A stretch of 36,031 nt of DNA from a virus (taxonomy: Duplodnaviria > Caudoviricetes): positions 1-36,031 of IMG/VR virus record IMGVR_UViG_3300025119_000013; one strand, written 5' to 3'. Under the pieces are notes generated by a model. It saw only the letters and a program-made list of their open reading frames with translations. It searched no databases and was not told where the DNA came from. Positions 1 through 8,661 of this stretch are shown here, in pieces (within the stretch, counting starts at the first letter, position 1; each line of letters begins with the position of its first letter). The translations under genes and the position numbers were made by a program.

Positions 1-1160
1 TCAGCCCCGCCGATCTGACCCTGAATGCGCTCGGCGGTCTCCTGCCGGCGCTGTTCATCAGCAGCGAGCATGGCCCACTGCTCCTCGGTCAGGTCGTAGC
101 CCAGGATCTCCATCGCCAGGCGCAGGGGCAGCTTCGAGTTGACTAGACTTTGTAGAGACGTGGCCCGCCGCGTCTCGTCCTCCTGGAATACGTCCATCTC
201 GTCCGGGGCGAATTCGACCCGAATGTCCGTCCCCCTCAGGAACTGGTTGTTGATGACGTTCTGGAACTTGGGGCACCGGGGCCGGATGGTGTTCTGCCAA
301 TACTGGAGGTCGTGCACCCCAGCCGTGGCGAAGTTGGCAGCGTCCTTCAGCATCGTCTCTGACATCCCGAATGCCCATGCCACAGACGACAGCGCCTGAT
401 CCTTCAACTCGGGCATCGCCAAGTCCTTGAGGGGTGGGGTGATCGTCACAAGCTTCACGTCCCCCCGCACAGCCAGGACACGGAAGGCATTGGCAATCCC
501 GCGCATCTGACGCTTGAAGAACCCCTCGGCGTGCTTCCTCTCCTCTTCAGTCGTTGCCTCGGGCATCCCCAGGGCTGTGACTGGCATGGCCCCGCCGGCG
601 AAGAACTGACCAGCGAAGCGCGTGATGTAGTCCATCAGCTTCGCATTGCCCAAAGCGACCTGCGTCGCTGAGATCCCAGGGCCAATGTCGTCCGTCGGGT
701 GGAACTCCTTGAAGTAGGCCACCTCGTCCGTCGACCACGGCCCATACTGCCTGGCATTCACCGACTGGATGAACCGGATGTTCTCCGGGATGGGATCAAC
801 ACCGAGCGGCATCTCGACCCGCACGGTGAACGGGTTGAGCCACTGCGCCCCCTTGAGGGAGACGCGGTTCCGGTTCTTCAGCCAGAAGCTCGCCCCCTTC
901 AGGAGCAGGGCAGCCTCTGTCATCCAGATCAACTCGCTCAGGTCCTGCTCGAAGGGCCAGCCGTCCTCCAGTTCTGTGTCCCCGCTGTAGACATGGATCG
1001 GCACCGAGGCTAGGTCATTGCACCGCAGGTTGATGGCACGGAACACAAGGGGAACGCGCATGAAGGCCGAGGCTTCCCCCGTCACCTCTCCCTGGCGTTC
1101 CATCGCCTCTATCCAGCCAGGAAGAGGAACCAGCGTCTTGTAGGGATTCGCCATAATCAT
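1..1160 (-). CDS. Phage portal protein (HK97-like), 3' end runs off the window; absent from the ORF track
   Basis: Manual translation from ATG at 1160, which overlaps the terminase TAA (TAATG): MIMANPYKTLVPLPGW...VPLVFRAINLRCNDLASVP...FFAGGAMP...VAWAFGMSETMLKDAANFATA...YWQNTIRP. Open to base 1 and directly downstream of TerL. Confidence 0.9.
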   Translation of the reverse strand, partial: MIMANPYKTLVPLPGWIEAMERQGEVTGEASAFMRVPLVFRAINLRCNDLASVPIHVYSGDTELEDGWPFEQDLSELIWMTEAALLLKGASFWLKNRNRVSLKGAQWLNPFTVRVEMPLGVDPIPENIRFIQSVNARQYGPWSTDEVAYFKEFHPTDDIGPGISATQVALGNAKLMDYITRFAGQFFAGGAMPVTALGMPEATTEEERKHAEGFFKRQMRGIANAFRVLAVRGDVKLVTITPPLKDLAMPELKDQALSSVAWAFGMSETMLKDAANFATAGVHDLQYWQNTIRPRCPKFQNVINNQFLRGTDIRVEFAPDEMDVFQEDETRRATSLQSLVNSKLPLRLAMEILGYDLTEEQWAMLAADEQRRQETAERIQGQIGGA

Positions 1161-2485
1161 TAGGCCTCGAAGAGCACGCGGCTCCCCATGCTTTCCACCA
1201 TCAGCTTGGTGAACAGCCACACCAGCGCGTCCAGCCTGTCCGGCGACTTCTCGCCCGGAACCCAGGTGCATAGCTGATCCTCGAGCTGAGGGAACGAACC
1301 GACGTGGTGAATGCGGTGCTGCTCGTACAGGGACGCGACCGGCTCCGCTCGGGTGTACTTCCCCTTCGTCGCCCGCACTTCGAGCACTCTCACGCGCTGG
1401 CCGATCTTGGCCCCGTCGTCGGCTTCAACGTGGCGGATGGTGTTCTTTACCAGATCGCCGCCGTTGTTCACTTCGGCCACGATCCCATTTAGGCTGTCGT
1501 CCAGCGTTGCGTTGACCGCGCGGCGGGCCCAGGCGTCAGGGGTGAAGATCCCCGAAAGGTCGGATGTGACGTAACCGTGCCCGTCCTCGCCCACCCCGCC
1601 GATGATGATCCCCGTCTCATCCGAGGTCTCATGCGCAGTCACGGCCGGGTCGATCGCGCAGTAGGCCACCTTGAGAGGGGGGCAGTACTCCAGCCCCACC
1701 CGACAGTCTTCCAAGAGGCTGCGAGTCCACAGGGCACCCGGAACGTCATCCAGGATCTCGGCATTGAGCTCTTGCCGGCCGAGGCGTGTACCCTCGTACC
1801 GGCGGATGACCTCGGTCTTGAAGGCCGGTGCTAGGTTCTCCAGGTTCTCGTATGTCGTGCCCTTGGTGACTACAACATCCTGCCCGTCGCGCGACACCAG
1901 GTCGCGGATGAGAGGGATGGGCTTCGGGGTGGAGGTGAGGACGGCCTGCGGCTTCTCCCCGATGCGGAGCCCGAGCATCATCATGTCGTAGGCCTCGGGG
2001 TATCTCCAGGAGGCAACTTCATCCCCCCAGACGAAATCATGCTGCGGACCACGGAGACGGTCCGGCTCATCCGACGAGAAGAGCGTCGCAACCGCCCCAT
2101 TAGGCCAAGTAAGACGTCTCTTCGAAGGCTCATAATGCGGACGCCAGCTATCCGGTGAGACAGCCAGGATGCCCGAAGGCCCCTCCACCATGACATCGCG
2201 GACATCTGCAGCCGTTGGGCCAACGAACGCAAGTCTCTCTGCCTTTCCCGCCATCACGCGCCGGCGAGTGGTCTCTGATCCCGTCCTCGTCTTCCCGTAC
2301 CCGCGGCCCGCCAAGAGGAGCCAGATCGTCCAGTCGCCCTTCGGCGGGAGCTGGTTCGGCCGGGCAACCTTCAGCCACGGGTCGTTCTTCTTGTCGCGCT
2401 CTGCAGTCCGACGCCGGATGGCCTCTTGAATGGCCTCGGCCGCCATCTGATCTAGGGCGGCAGCCGGCAGTAGGCTAGTCTCCAT
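1160..2485 (-). CDS. terL: Terminase large subunit
   Basis: Walker A LAGRGYGKT, LRGPQHDFVWGDE (Walker B), RuvC-like nuclease motifs AIDPA, EVNNGGD and SPDRLDALVW. Confidence 0.96.
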   Translation of the reverse strand: METSLLPAAALDQMAAEAIQEAIRRRTAERDKKNDPWLKVARPNQLPPKGDWTIWLLLAGRGYGKTRTGSETTRRRVMAGKAERLAFVGPTAADVRDVMVEGPSGILAVSPDSWRPHYEPSKRRLTWPNGAVATLFSSDEPDRLRGPQHDFVWGDEVASWRYPEAYDMMMLGLRIGEKPQAVLTSTPKPIPLIRDLVSRDGQDVVVTKGTTYENLENLAPAFKTEVIRRYEGTRLGRQELNAEILDDVPGALWTRSLLEDCRVGLEYCPPLKVAYCAIDPAVTAHETSDETGIIIGGVGEDGHGYVTSDLSGIFTPDAWARRAVNATLDDSLNGIVAEVNNGGDLVKNTIRHVEADDGAKIGQRVRVLEVRATKGKYTRAEPVASLYEQHRIHHVGSFPQLEDQLCTWVPGEKSPDRLDALVWLFTKLMVESMGSRVLFEA

Positions 2486-2882
2486 CCGGGATCTTGGTCA
2501 TGGCGGCCCGCACCATCGCCTCGAAGATCTCCGAAGGCGAGCCGCCCATCCGCTCCACCTCGCCACGCCAGTCGATGTTCATGGGGATCGGCAACCTGCC
2601 CTCCATCCGGTCCATCACCTTTTCAAGCAAACTTCCACTGGGCTCGAACAGCAGGGCGGAGTACACGCGCATAGCCACGGCTTCTTTCAGCGTCACTTCA
2701 CCACCAATGCCGGCCAACTGCCCGGCGATTGAGTGACACCGCTTGGCCGCGGCCTTTCCCGTCAGGTTCCCAATCTCAGCAAAGATCGCGCCCCATGTGT
2801 GATCGGACTTGGGCCGGCCGCCCCTGGGGTTTCCTGATGTTCCCTTCTTCCATGCCGTCTTCGGGAGCTTGCGCTTCACCAT
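2475..2882 (-). CDS. terS: Probable terminase small subunit (DUF5681-like N-terminus)
   Basis: N-terminal WKKGTSGNPRGGRPK motif; overlaps and precedes TerL. Confidence 0.75.
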   Translation of the reverse strand: MVKRKLPKTAWKKGTSGNPRGGRPKSDHTWGAIFAEIGNLTGKAAAKRCHSIAGQLAGIGGEVTLKEAVAMRVYSALLFEPSGSLLEKVMDRMEGRLPIPMNIDWRGEVERMGGSPSEIFEAMVRAAMTKIPDGD

Positions 2883-2989
2883 GTGTGCAATTCACCGTGC
2901 CAACGCCGAGCGCCCGTCAGGGACAGGCGTCGGCATGCCTTTTGTGTTCCGGGCAGATCCACGCATTCAGCGCACCCCGGTAGCTGGCC

Positions 2990-3023
2990 AAAACGAAAGG
3001 TGGTGCCTACATCTGGCACCACC
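2990..3023 (-). terminator. Rho-independent terminator-like hairpin upstream of terS
   Basis: Minus strand GGTGGTGCC-AGATGTA-GGCACCACC (9-bp perfect stem) followed by TTTCGTTTT. Confidence 0.6.
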
Positions 3024-3056
3024 CTAGCACGCAGACCCTCGCTTGGCGTTGACGCG

Positions 3057-3269
3057 CTACACCTCAGTCTCCCTCATAGCGAGCACCTGCCACTTCCCGT
3101 CGTCGGCCTGATACACGGGCAAGATGCGGCTGATCTTGCAGAGCATGTTGTAGGCTCCCTGACGCGAAACCCCCGTCATGCGGCACACCTCGGACGTGCG
3201 GAACGCGTCACCGTGGGCAAGGTGCCAGACGACCAGGGCCACGCGTTCCTCAGGAGTCTTGTCCGTCAT
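3057..3269 (-). CDS. Small helix-turn-helix protein (possible late regulator)
   Basis: FRTSEVCRMTGVSRQGAYNML HTH-like pattern; 70 aa; lies just before the packaging genes. Confidence 0.6.
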   Translation of the reverse strand: MTDKTPEERVALVVWHLAHGDAFRTSEVCRMTGVSRQGAYNMLCKISRILPVYQADDGKWQVLAMRETEV

Positions 3270-3279
3270 TCTAGGGGCC

Positions 3280-4005
3280 TCAGCCTCCTATCTTGGCGTA
3301 CACGGTCTGTCTCTTCTCGGCATACCTTCGCCGTGCTTCGATGGTCTCCTGCGCCCCGATCTGGGGCTTCCTATGCTCCGCGCTATCGGGCCGGTCGAGG
3401 TAGATCCCCAAGACTTCCCGAACGTGCATCAGCTTCTCGCCGGCCTTGGCGATGCGGAGCCAGAATTCGTAGTCCCCTGCCGACTGCATCGTGGCGTCAA
3501 ACCAGCCGTACTTCGCGTGTAGCGAACTCCGCCACATCGGCATCGGGCCCACGAAACAGAGCTGCATCAGTTCATGGAACCCTCCCTCTGCAAAGCGGAA
3601 GGAACCGGTCCTCTTGGCGTTCACGAAGCCGCCCTCCAACGACTGCACGATGTCCACGTCGGGATAAGCCAGTGCCGCCTCTGGCACCTTGTCCAAGTAA
3701 TCGACCAGTCTGGCTATCCCATCCACGGCCAGCCGGTCGTCCGAGTTGGCGTTGGTCACGAACTCTGTCCTCGCCGCTCGAATGGCGATGTTCCAAGCGT
3801 GGTAGATCGTCACGAGCTTGTCCGTCATCAGCAGCGAGTCGTGCTTGGCATCCAGCATCCTCGCCGCGATAGCCTGTTCTGGAGAGTTCTGCTGGCAGAC
3901 GACGACGACGCGCGGCCTCTCCGTCTGGGACAAAAGGTTCTCCAGCCGACCCTCGAGGTATGGCTCTGCGAAGTAGGCTGAGACGATCGTCGCGGCTCTC
4001 ACCAC
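3280..4005 (-). CDS. Glycosyltransferase family 2 (GT-A fold)
   Basis: IVSAYFAEPYLEGRLENLLSQT N-terminus, TIYHAWNIAI, NANSDD (DxD-like), GWFDATMQSAGDYEFWLR. Confidence 0.9.
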   Translation of the reverse strand: MVRAATIVSAYFAEPYLEGRLENLLSQTERPRVVVVCQQNSPEQAIAARMLDAKHDSLLMTDKLVTIYHAWNIAIRAARTEFVTNANSDDRLAVDGIARLVDYLDKVPEAALAYPDVDIVQSLEGGFVNAKRTGSFRFAEGGFHELMQLCFVGPMPMWRSSLHAKYGWFDATMQSAGDYEFWLRIAKAGEKLMHVREVLGIYLDRPDSAEHRKPQIGAQETIEARRRYAEKRQTVYAKIGG

Positions 4006-4643
4006 TTCCTCCAGCTCTGCTTTTCAAACACGGGCAAGGCCGTTCCAGGCGTCAGGTTCACTATCCGGCGCCCATCGGCCTCGAACGCCTCGCGCGCCAG
4101 CCTGTAGGACGCCTCGCTCATCTGCAAATCTGGCAGGTTCCACTTCACCCCACCCGTGAAGTAATCCGGCGAGAAGTGGTTGGGGTCCGGCCCCACCGCC
4201 ATCTGCTGCTCGTTCGGCATCCCCTGATACTCGTACCGATGATCCACGCCGACCAACAGCACGGTCGAGAAGCCCATCATGTAGGCCAGTTGCAGGCAGA
4301 CGTAGGTCACCGTCCAGCCCTCGTGAATCCCCTGTGTGATGTCCTTTGAGAAGAACGGCGGGCCGTAGATGCTCTTGAGGTAGTGGACATTCCCTCCGGC
4401 GATCTGCAAGCTGGACGGCAGGAACATCTCCTCCACGTCGAGTTGGAGAATGTCCCCCAGGTATTGCTCCACCACCAGCGGGTTTACCGCGACAAAAAAC
4501 GAGGGAAGGAAGTATAGGTATCCCCGATTTGTTCCAAACGACTTCCTGCTGGCGAGGAACGACTTGGGAATCTTTCTGAGGGATGGACCGTTCCCAATAA
4601 CGATACATTCCTGCCCCTCATAGAGGTTCTTGAGATGCTTCAC
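3999..4643 (-). CDS. DUF115/Maf-like (MptE-like/sialyltransferase-related) glycosyltransferase-type protein
   Basis: CIVIGNGPSL, FGTNR, TVTYVCLQLAYMMGFSTVLLVGVDH, DPNHFSPDYF, IVNLTPG; GTG start at 4643 with GGAGG RBS. Confidence 0.8.
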   Translation of the reverse strand: MKHLKNLYEGQECIVIGNGPSLRKIPKSFLASRKSFGTNRGYLYFLPSFFVAVNPLVVEQYLGDILQLDVEEMFLPSSLQIAGGNVHYLKSIYGPPFFSKDITQGIHEGWTVTYVCLQLAYMMGFSTVLLVGVDHRYEYQGMPNEQQMAVGPDPNHFSPDYFTGGVKWNLPDLQMSEASYRLAREAFEADGRRIVNLTPGTALPVFEKQSWRKW

Positions 4644-5139
4644 GTCTCTTTGCCTCCCGCCGCCTGACACTCTCCCGTATTGCCTCAACGCGCTTAGCTC
4701 GAGTCTCCGGATCGGCCCAAGCCCTCGTCATTCCGGCAATCCTCTTGGCGCGAGCGATGGGGTCGGTCCATTCTTTTATCAGCCTGAGGTTCTGGGCCTC
4801 GCGATGCTTGGGGTTCGTCCACATCTTCTTGGATGCCTCCGATTGCATCGCACGACGCGCAGGAGCGCGCGTCAATCTCTTCTGGAGTTCCGAGCTCTTC
4901 ACCCTCCACTCGGGAGTTTGGCGAGACCTTCTGGTAGCTTCGGCGTACTTGGCGCTCAAGCGGGGGTCGGCCCGAATGTGCCTCATGTCCTCTCGCGATT
5001 TGTCCTCATGGCAATTGGCACAGAGAAATTGAATGTTATCGGGATCATCGGAACCGCCAAGGGACTTCGGCACAATGTGATCCCTGTGAAGGGATAGCCG
5101 ATGCATGCCACATTGAACACAGTTTCCGCTCGTCTTCAT
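4618..5139 (-). CDS. HNH endonuclease with C-terminal W-x-(D/N)-P basic repeats (homing-endonuclease-like)
   Basis: CVQCG...HRDHIVPKSLGGSDDPDNIQFLCANCH; repeats MWTNP, EWTDP, AWADP; ATG at 5139 overlaps the upstream TGA (ATGA). Confidence 0.85.
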   Translation of the reverse strand: MKTSGNCVQCGMHRLSLHRDHIVPKSLGGSDDPDNIQFLCANCHEDKSREDMRHIRADPRLSAKYAEATRRSRQTPEWRVKSSELQKRLTRAPARRAMQSEASKKMWTNPKHREAQNLRLIKEWTDPIARAKRIAGMTRAWADPETRAKRVEAIRESVRRREAKRREASQEPL

Positions 5140-5831
5140 CCTCGCCTCGCGATCAACGTCGAGTGGGTCTTCCACTCCGTCCCCATCCGGTACGGTTCCA
5201 CCCGCATCGCCTCCCGGTTCACCCAGTCCAGCCTGAACCCGTGGTCCTTGAATAGCCGCGCAAGGTCGTCTGGCTTGCAGTCCGGCCAGTAATGCCCCCG
5301 CCAGTCCGACAGGTGGCACTCCACGATCCAGGTACGCGCGTGCATATCCTCCAGACAGGCGGGGACCACGACGTGCTCCGCCCCTTCGATGTCGAGCTTC
5401 ACCACGTCGGCATCTGGATCGATGGCGTTCAGCTTCAGCCCGGCCACAAGAACCCCGGTGAAGCCGCCCACCATCCCATTCGGCTCCCCAGTGAACCAGA
5501 CCTTCTCGTTCGCCTTCCAGACGGCGGCGTAGGCAGTCGAGTAGTCTCGGAATCCATTCAGCCTCATGTTCTCTCTCAGAGCCGCCATGTTCTCCGGATT
5601 CGGATCGACGGCCGTTACGCGCGCTCCGCCGAGGGCCAGGACTAGAGCATAATGCCCGTGGTGAGATCCGCCGTCGATCGCCCGGCCCGTCAGGTCCACG
5701 TTCTCGAGCAACCATTCGTACTCGAGGCGAACGTAGTCTTTCATCGGCGAGTACCACGCCTCAGCCTGCTCGGTTGTCACCACGAACCGGAGCGGTGGGA
5801 TGTGGTCAGTCTCGAAGGGTTGGAAGGACAT
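5136..5831 (-). CDS. FkbM-family SAM-dependent methyltransferase
   Basis: AIDGGSHHGHY (SAM loop), VTAVDPNPENMAALRENMRLN, VVKLDIEGAEHVV; likely start MSFQ at 5831. Confidence 0.9.
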   Translation of the reverse strand: MSFQPFETDHIPPLRFVVTTEQAEAWYSPMKDYVRLEYEWLLENVDLTGRAIDGGSHHGHYALVLALGGARVTAVDPNPENMAALRENMRLNGFRDYSTAYAAVWKANEKVWFTGEPNGMVGGFTGVLVAGLKLNAIDPDADVVKLDIEGAEHVVVPACLEDMHARTWIVECHLSDWRGHYWPDCKPDDLARLFKDHGFRLDWVNREAMRVEPYRMGTEWKTHSTLIARRG

Positions 5832-6459
5832 TTGCCACCAGGTTCTCGTAGTCTGGCCAGGAAGCCATGTCGTAGTAGAAGTCCAACCCGAAGGTCGTGC
5901 AACCAAAGCGGGCGATGGCCAGATTGAACGCCTGGGTATGGTCTTGGATCGTCTCGCCCAGAGAGCGCCAGTAATTCACAACCCCCTGAGACCACGCCGC
6001 CACGCCCCACGCCACTTCCCACGATCCCCTGAGAGATTCGTCCTTGTCAATGATCCCGGTGCTGTTCCAAGCCCCGAACCGCTCCGGCTTGTCGGTCTCA
6101 AACAGCCCAAGCATGAAATCGCCCTCGAACTTCCGGTAGAACGCGTCCTCCGGGAGAAAGGTGTCCGGCATCGCGAACAGATACCAAGGGGCCGGGATCT
6201 CGCAGGCCGCCATGATGCTCTCGAACAGACTCGCCCCCGACGATAGAAGACAGACGCCACGAAATCCCTCAAGCCCACGCATGTGTGCCGCCGCTTTAGA
6301 GGGCGTTGTCAGCACCACGATCGGCACCGCCGCCCCGGCCCGGAGAACGCCAACGGTGCGCTGCAGCAGAGAGTAATCCCCGACCGGCAGCAACTCCTTG
6401 AATGTCCCGCCGAACCTTACGGACCGGCCGCCGGCGGGGATGATGCCCAACCTGCTCAT
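5806..6459 (-). CDS. Sugar-phosphate nucleotidyltransferase (NTP_transferase superfamily)
   Basis: LGIIPAGGRSVRFGGTFKELLPVG signature; FAMPDT; GLFETDKPERFG; YYDMAS. Confidence 0.85.
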   Translation of the reverse strand: MSRLGIIPAGGRSVRFGGTFKELLPVGDYSLLQRTVGVLRAGAAVPIVVLTTPSKAAAHMRGLEGFRGVCLLSSGASLFESIMAACEIPAPWYLFAMPDTFLPEDAFYRKFEGDFMLGLFETDKPERFGAWNSTGIIDKDESLRGSWEVAWGVAAWSQGVVNYWRSLGETIQDHTQAFNLAIARFGCTTFGLDFYYDMASWPDYENLVANVLPTLRD

Positions 6460-6758
6460 GGTTCGTCCAGTAGCGCCAACATCCCCTCCATGAGGGCGAC
6501 CGTTGACTCTCCGTGTGCGATGCCCACCTCCCCATATTCCTCGCAGACACGAGCGAGGTCCATGAATCCTGCGGCCGCCGCGATAAGTTGGGCCCTCTTG
6601 TCCCCCACATCGGAAGCCACGGCCTGAAGAGCGTCGCTGGTCTGGCGCAGCAGTTCCATGTGCTTACCCGAGATATGGGCAAGGCGGTTCGACGCAGTAA
6701 GACACGGCTGCATCAGTTCGTTCAGCCGGCCCCACTCCGCTTCTGTTAGGCTACTCAT
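6456..6758 (-). CDS. Hypothetical helical protein inside the glycosylation cluster
   Basis: Translationally coupled on both sides; starts MSSLTEAEW. Confidence 0.6.
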   Translation of the reverse strand: MSSLTEAEWGRLNELMQPCLTASNRLAHISGKHMELLRQTSDALQAVASDVGDKRAQLIAAAAGFMDLARVCEEYGEVGIAHGESTVALMEGMLALLDEP

Positions 6759-7443
6759 AGACCCTCCACATCCAACTCTCGCCGATCGAGATCCCATGCT
6801 TGACCTGGACCCGGTTCATGTTCTGCGCACGGACCTGGGGATAGGCCGGGATGCCCCACCTCGTCTTACCCCACAGATGGCGGAACGGGAGGTGCATCAG
6901 CTCGATGGAGAAGCCAGCCAAGCGGGCACGGATGCAGTAGTCGAGGTCCTCAAATCCACACGCCTCGAACTGCTCATCGAACGGTCCAACTGCCTCCCGA
7001 CACTCCCTGGAGATGGCATAGATCCAGCCCCCGAGCCATCGAAAGTCACCGAACTCGATGAGTTGCATCCCATAGAGGCTATCGCGAGGAAGTAGTCTTG
7101 TAATATGCAAGAAGGGAGCACTACAAATCACGTCATTGTTGATCACGATCGACAGGTCGGCGTCGGCGAACTCCATCCCGGCGTTGATCGCCCCGGCATA
7201 GGAAAAGCTCTGGTCCAGCCTGACGTGGAATACATCGGGAAGATCCGATTCTTCCTCGTTCCGGTATGGAATCTTCGACGCCGCATCCACCACAACAATC
7301 GGCACGTTGGGTTCGTACTTCAAGATAGATTCGACGGCAGGTAGGGTGTACTCCAACCATCCATCTACCCCCACAATGACGACGGCCATCGGGAAGGATC
7401 GGACCGACAGGTATCCGGTCGAGAGATCAGGTTGCGCTAGCAT
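6751..7443 (-). CDS. Glycosyltransferase family 2 (GT-A fold)
   Basis: IVVVDAAS, SYAGAINAGM, VINNDV, VGPFDEQFEACGFEDLDYCIRARLAGF; ATG at 7443 with GGAG RBS. Confidence 0.9.
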   Translation of the reverse strand: MLAQPDLSTGYLSVRSFPMAVVIVGVDGWLEYTLPAVESILKYEPNVPIVVVDAASKIPYRNEEESDLPDVFHVRLDQSFSYAGAINAGMEFADADLSIVINNDVICSAPFLHITRLLPRDSLYGMQLIEFGDFRWLGGWIYAISRECREAVGPFDEQFEACGFEDLDYCIRARLAGFSIELMHLPFRHLWGKTRWGIPAYPQVRAQNMNRVQVKHGISIGESWMWRVYE

Positions 7444-7697
7444 CGGTCTCCTTCCCCGGGTGGCTCCGAGGCGGCCAACCACGCGTCAATGCGAAGCGAG
7501 AGAGATTCCGGCGGTGCGACGTTCCGCGGCGTAGAACCAAGCAGATACCGTGCCTCCCGCTCCCGCTTCTCCCGCGCCTCCCAGGCGTCGGCATGAGCAC
7601 GGATGCCCTCTCTGACGACTTTCGCCCCGTCCTTCGTCGGACGCTCCAGCAGGTCCGCCAGCGCCCGCAGCGTCGTGGATGTTCGTGGCTCCGTCAT
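7437..7697 (-). CDS. Hypothetical protein
   Basis: AAGGAGG RBS before ATG at 7697; fills the gap in the operon. Confidence 0.6.
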   Translation of the reverse strand: MTEPRTSTTLRALADLLERPTKDGAKVVREGIRAHADAWEAREKREREARYLLGSTPRNVAPPESLSLRIDAWLAASEPPGEGDRC

Positions 7698-7699
7698 GG

Positions 7700-8431
7700 C
7701 TATCCTCCTTTGCTCCCGCCAAGAATCTGCGGGTTCATTGCTCGGTAAGTGTTCCAAGTCTTGTCATCCACATAGGCCACGCGCATGTGAGGACTGATGG
7801 TCGAGAAGTCGCAGTAGTGAGGGATGCCCGCTTCCTCGCACCGCAAGCCGAAGTACCAATCCTCTCCAAGGAAGTCATCGGAGCCATCGGTATAGATGTT
7901 GCGGAACCAGGGGTAGTGAAACCCTTTGGCCTCCAGTGCCTCGAACACCCACCGCTGAATTGCGATTGCTCCGGTCCCGACGATGGTGCCCTTATCCAAC
8001 GCCTCGGGATCCCACTCGACGGGCTGCTGAAGGCTGCCATCCTCCACCCGGACGTAGAACTGCGGGTCATACGGTTCTCCGCGCCTAAAGCACAGGGCGC
8101 CCACCACGCCGACGTCGTGCCGAACCAGCCGGTACACGATGTCCTGTGGGTGGGTGTGGTCGGTGTCCAGCATGACCAGCGTGTCCTTCGGTCCCTTCGT
8201 GAGCTCCATGAACTTCTTGGCGATCCGGTTGCGCGCCACGTCGACGCGAGAGTAGTTCGATCGGATGCGCTCTGCCCCCTGCAGTCGTGCGACCTCCCCC
8301 AGATCCTCTCGGGCGTCGGTCGCTTCGTGCTGGATCGCCCGCTCGTTCAGAACGGCGAAGAAGATCTTCCGCTGTGATAGGGGCGTTTCCTTGGGAGGCT
8401 TCGGGCCTCGGCGAGGCTTGTTCCTAGCCAT
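7700..8431 (-). CDS. Phage-type GT-A glycosyltransferase
   Basis: VDVARNRIA, VMLDTDH (DxD), VGTGAIAIQRWVFE, PWF, GEDWYFGLRCEEAGIPHYCD...H. Confidence 0.85.
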   Translation of the reverse strand: MARNKPRRGPKPPKETPLSQRKIFFAVLNERAIQHEATDAREDLGEVARLQGAERIRSNYSRVDVARNRIAKKFMELTKGPKDTLVMLDTDHTHPQDIVYRLVRHDVGVVGALCFRRGEPYDPQFYVRVEDGSLQQPVEWDPEALDKGTIVGTGAIAIQRWVFEALEAKGFHYPWFRNIYTDGSDDFLGEDWYFGLRCEEAGIPHYCDFSTISPHMRVAYVDDKTWNTYRAMNPQILGGSKGG

Positions 8432-8661
8432 TAGATCGCCTTGACCTTCACCCCGAGCAACGGTCTCGGCGGACAGTAGAACTCCGTCTGTGCCTTGGCC
8501 ACGGCCTGCAGGATGACGAAGATATCTCCCGGATGCTTCTGTGCCAGCCGCCTTGCTTCGGCGTCGGCTACCCAGGGTTCCGCATGGATCCTTGTCGGCG
8601 GCCCGCCCCGCGTCAGGTTGTAGATCATCCAGAATGGCTTGACCTTGGCGAACTTGCTCAT
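8431..8661 (-). CDS. Small phage hypothetical protein
   Basis: FWMIY...PPTRIH...AEARRLAQKHPGDIFVILQA; coupled start and stop. Confidence 0.65.
   Translation of the reverse strand: MSKFAKVKPFWMIYNLTRGGPPTRIHAEPWVADAEARRLAQKHPGDIFVILQAVAKAQTEFYCPPRPLLGVKVKAI

Noticed and set aside
2883-3872. 329-aa plus-strand ORF and similar long Arg/Pro/Ser-rich ORFs (e.g. 10630-11724, 28954-29802)
   Set aside because: Antisense to well-supported genes, with low-complexity off-frame composition
5140-5757. N-terminal 200-aa extension of the HNH ORF given in the track (4618-5757)
   Set aside because: Overlaps the FkbM gene in another frame; the real start is the coupled ATG at 5139
3280-8431. T4-like DNA glucosylation or Gtr-type serotype conversion
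   Set aside because: No hydroxymethylase, TET/JBP, nucleotide kinase or own DNA polymerase, and no polytopic membrane GtrA/GtrC-like ORF in the window; disfavoured rather than excluded
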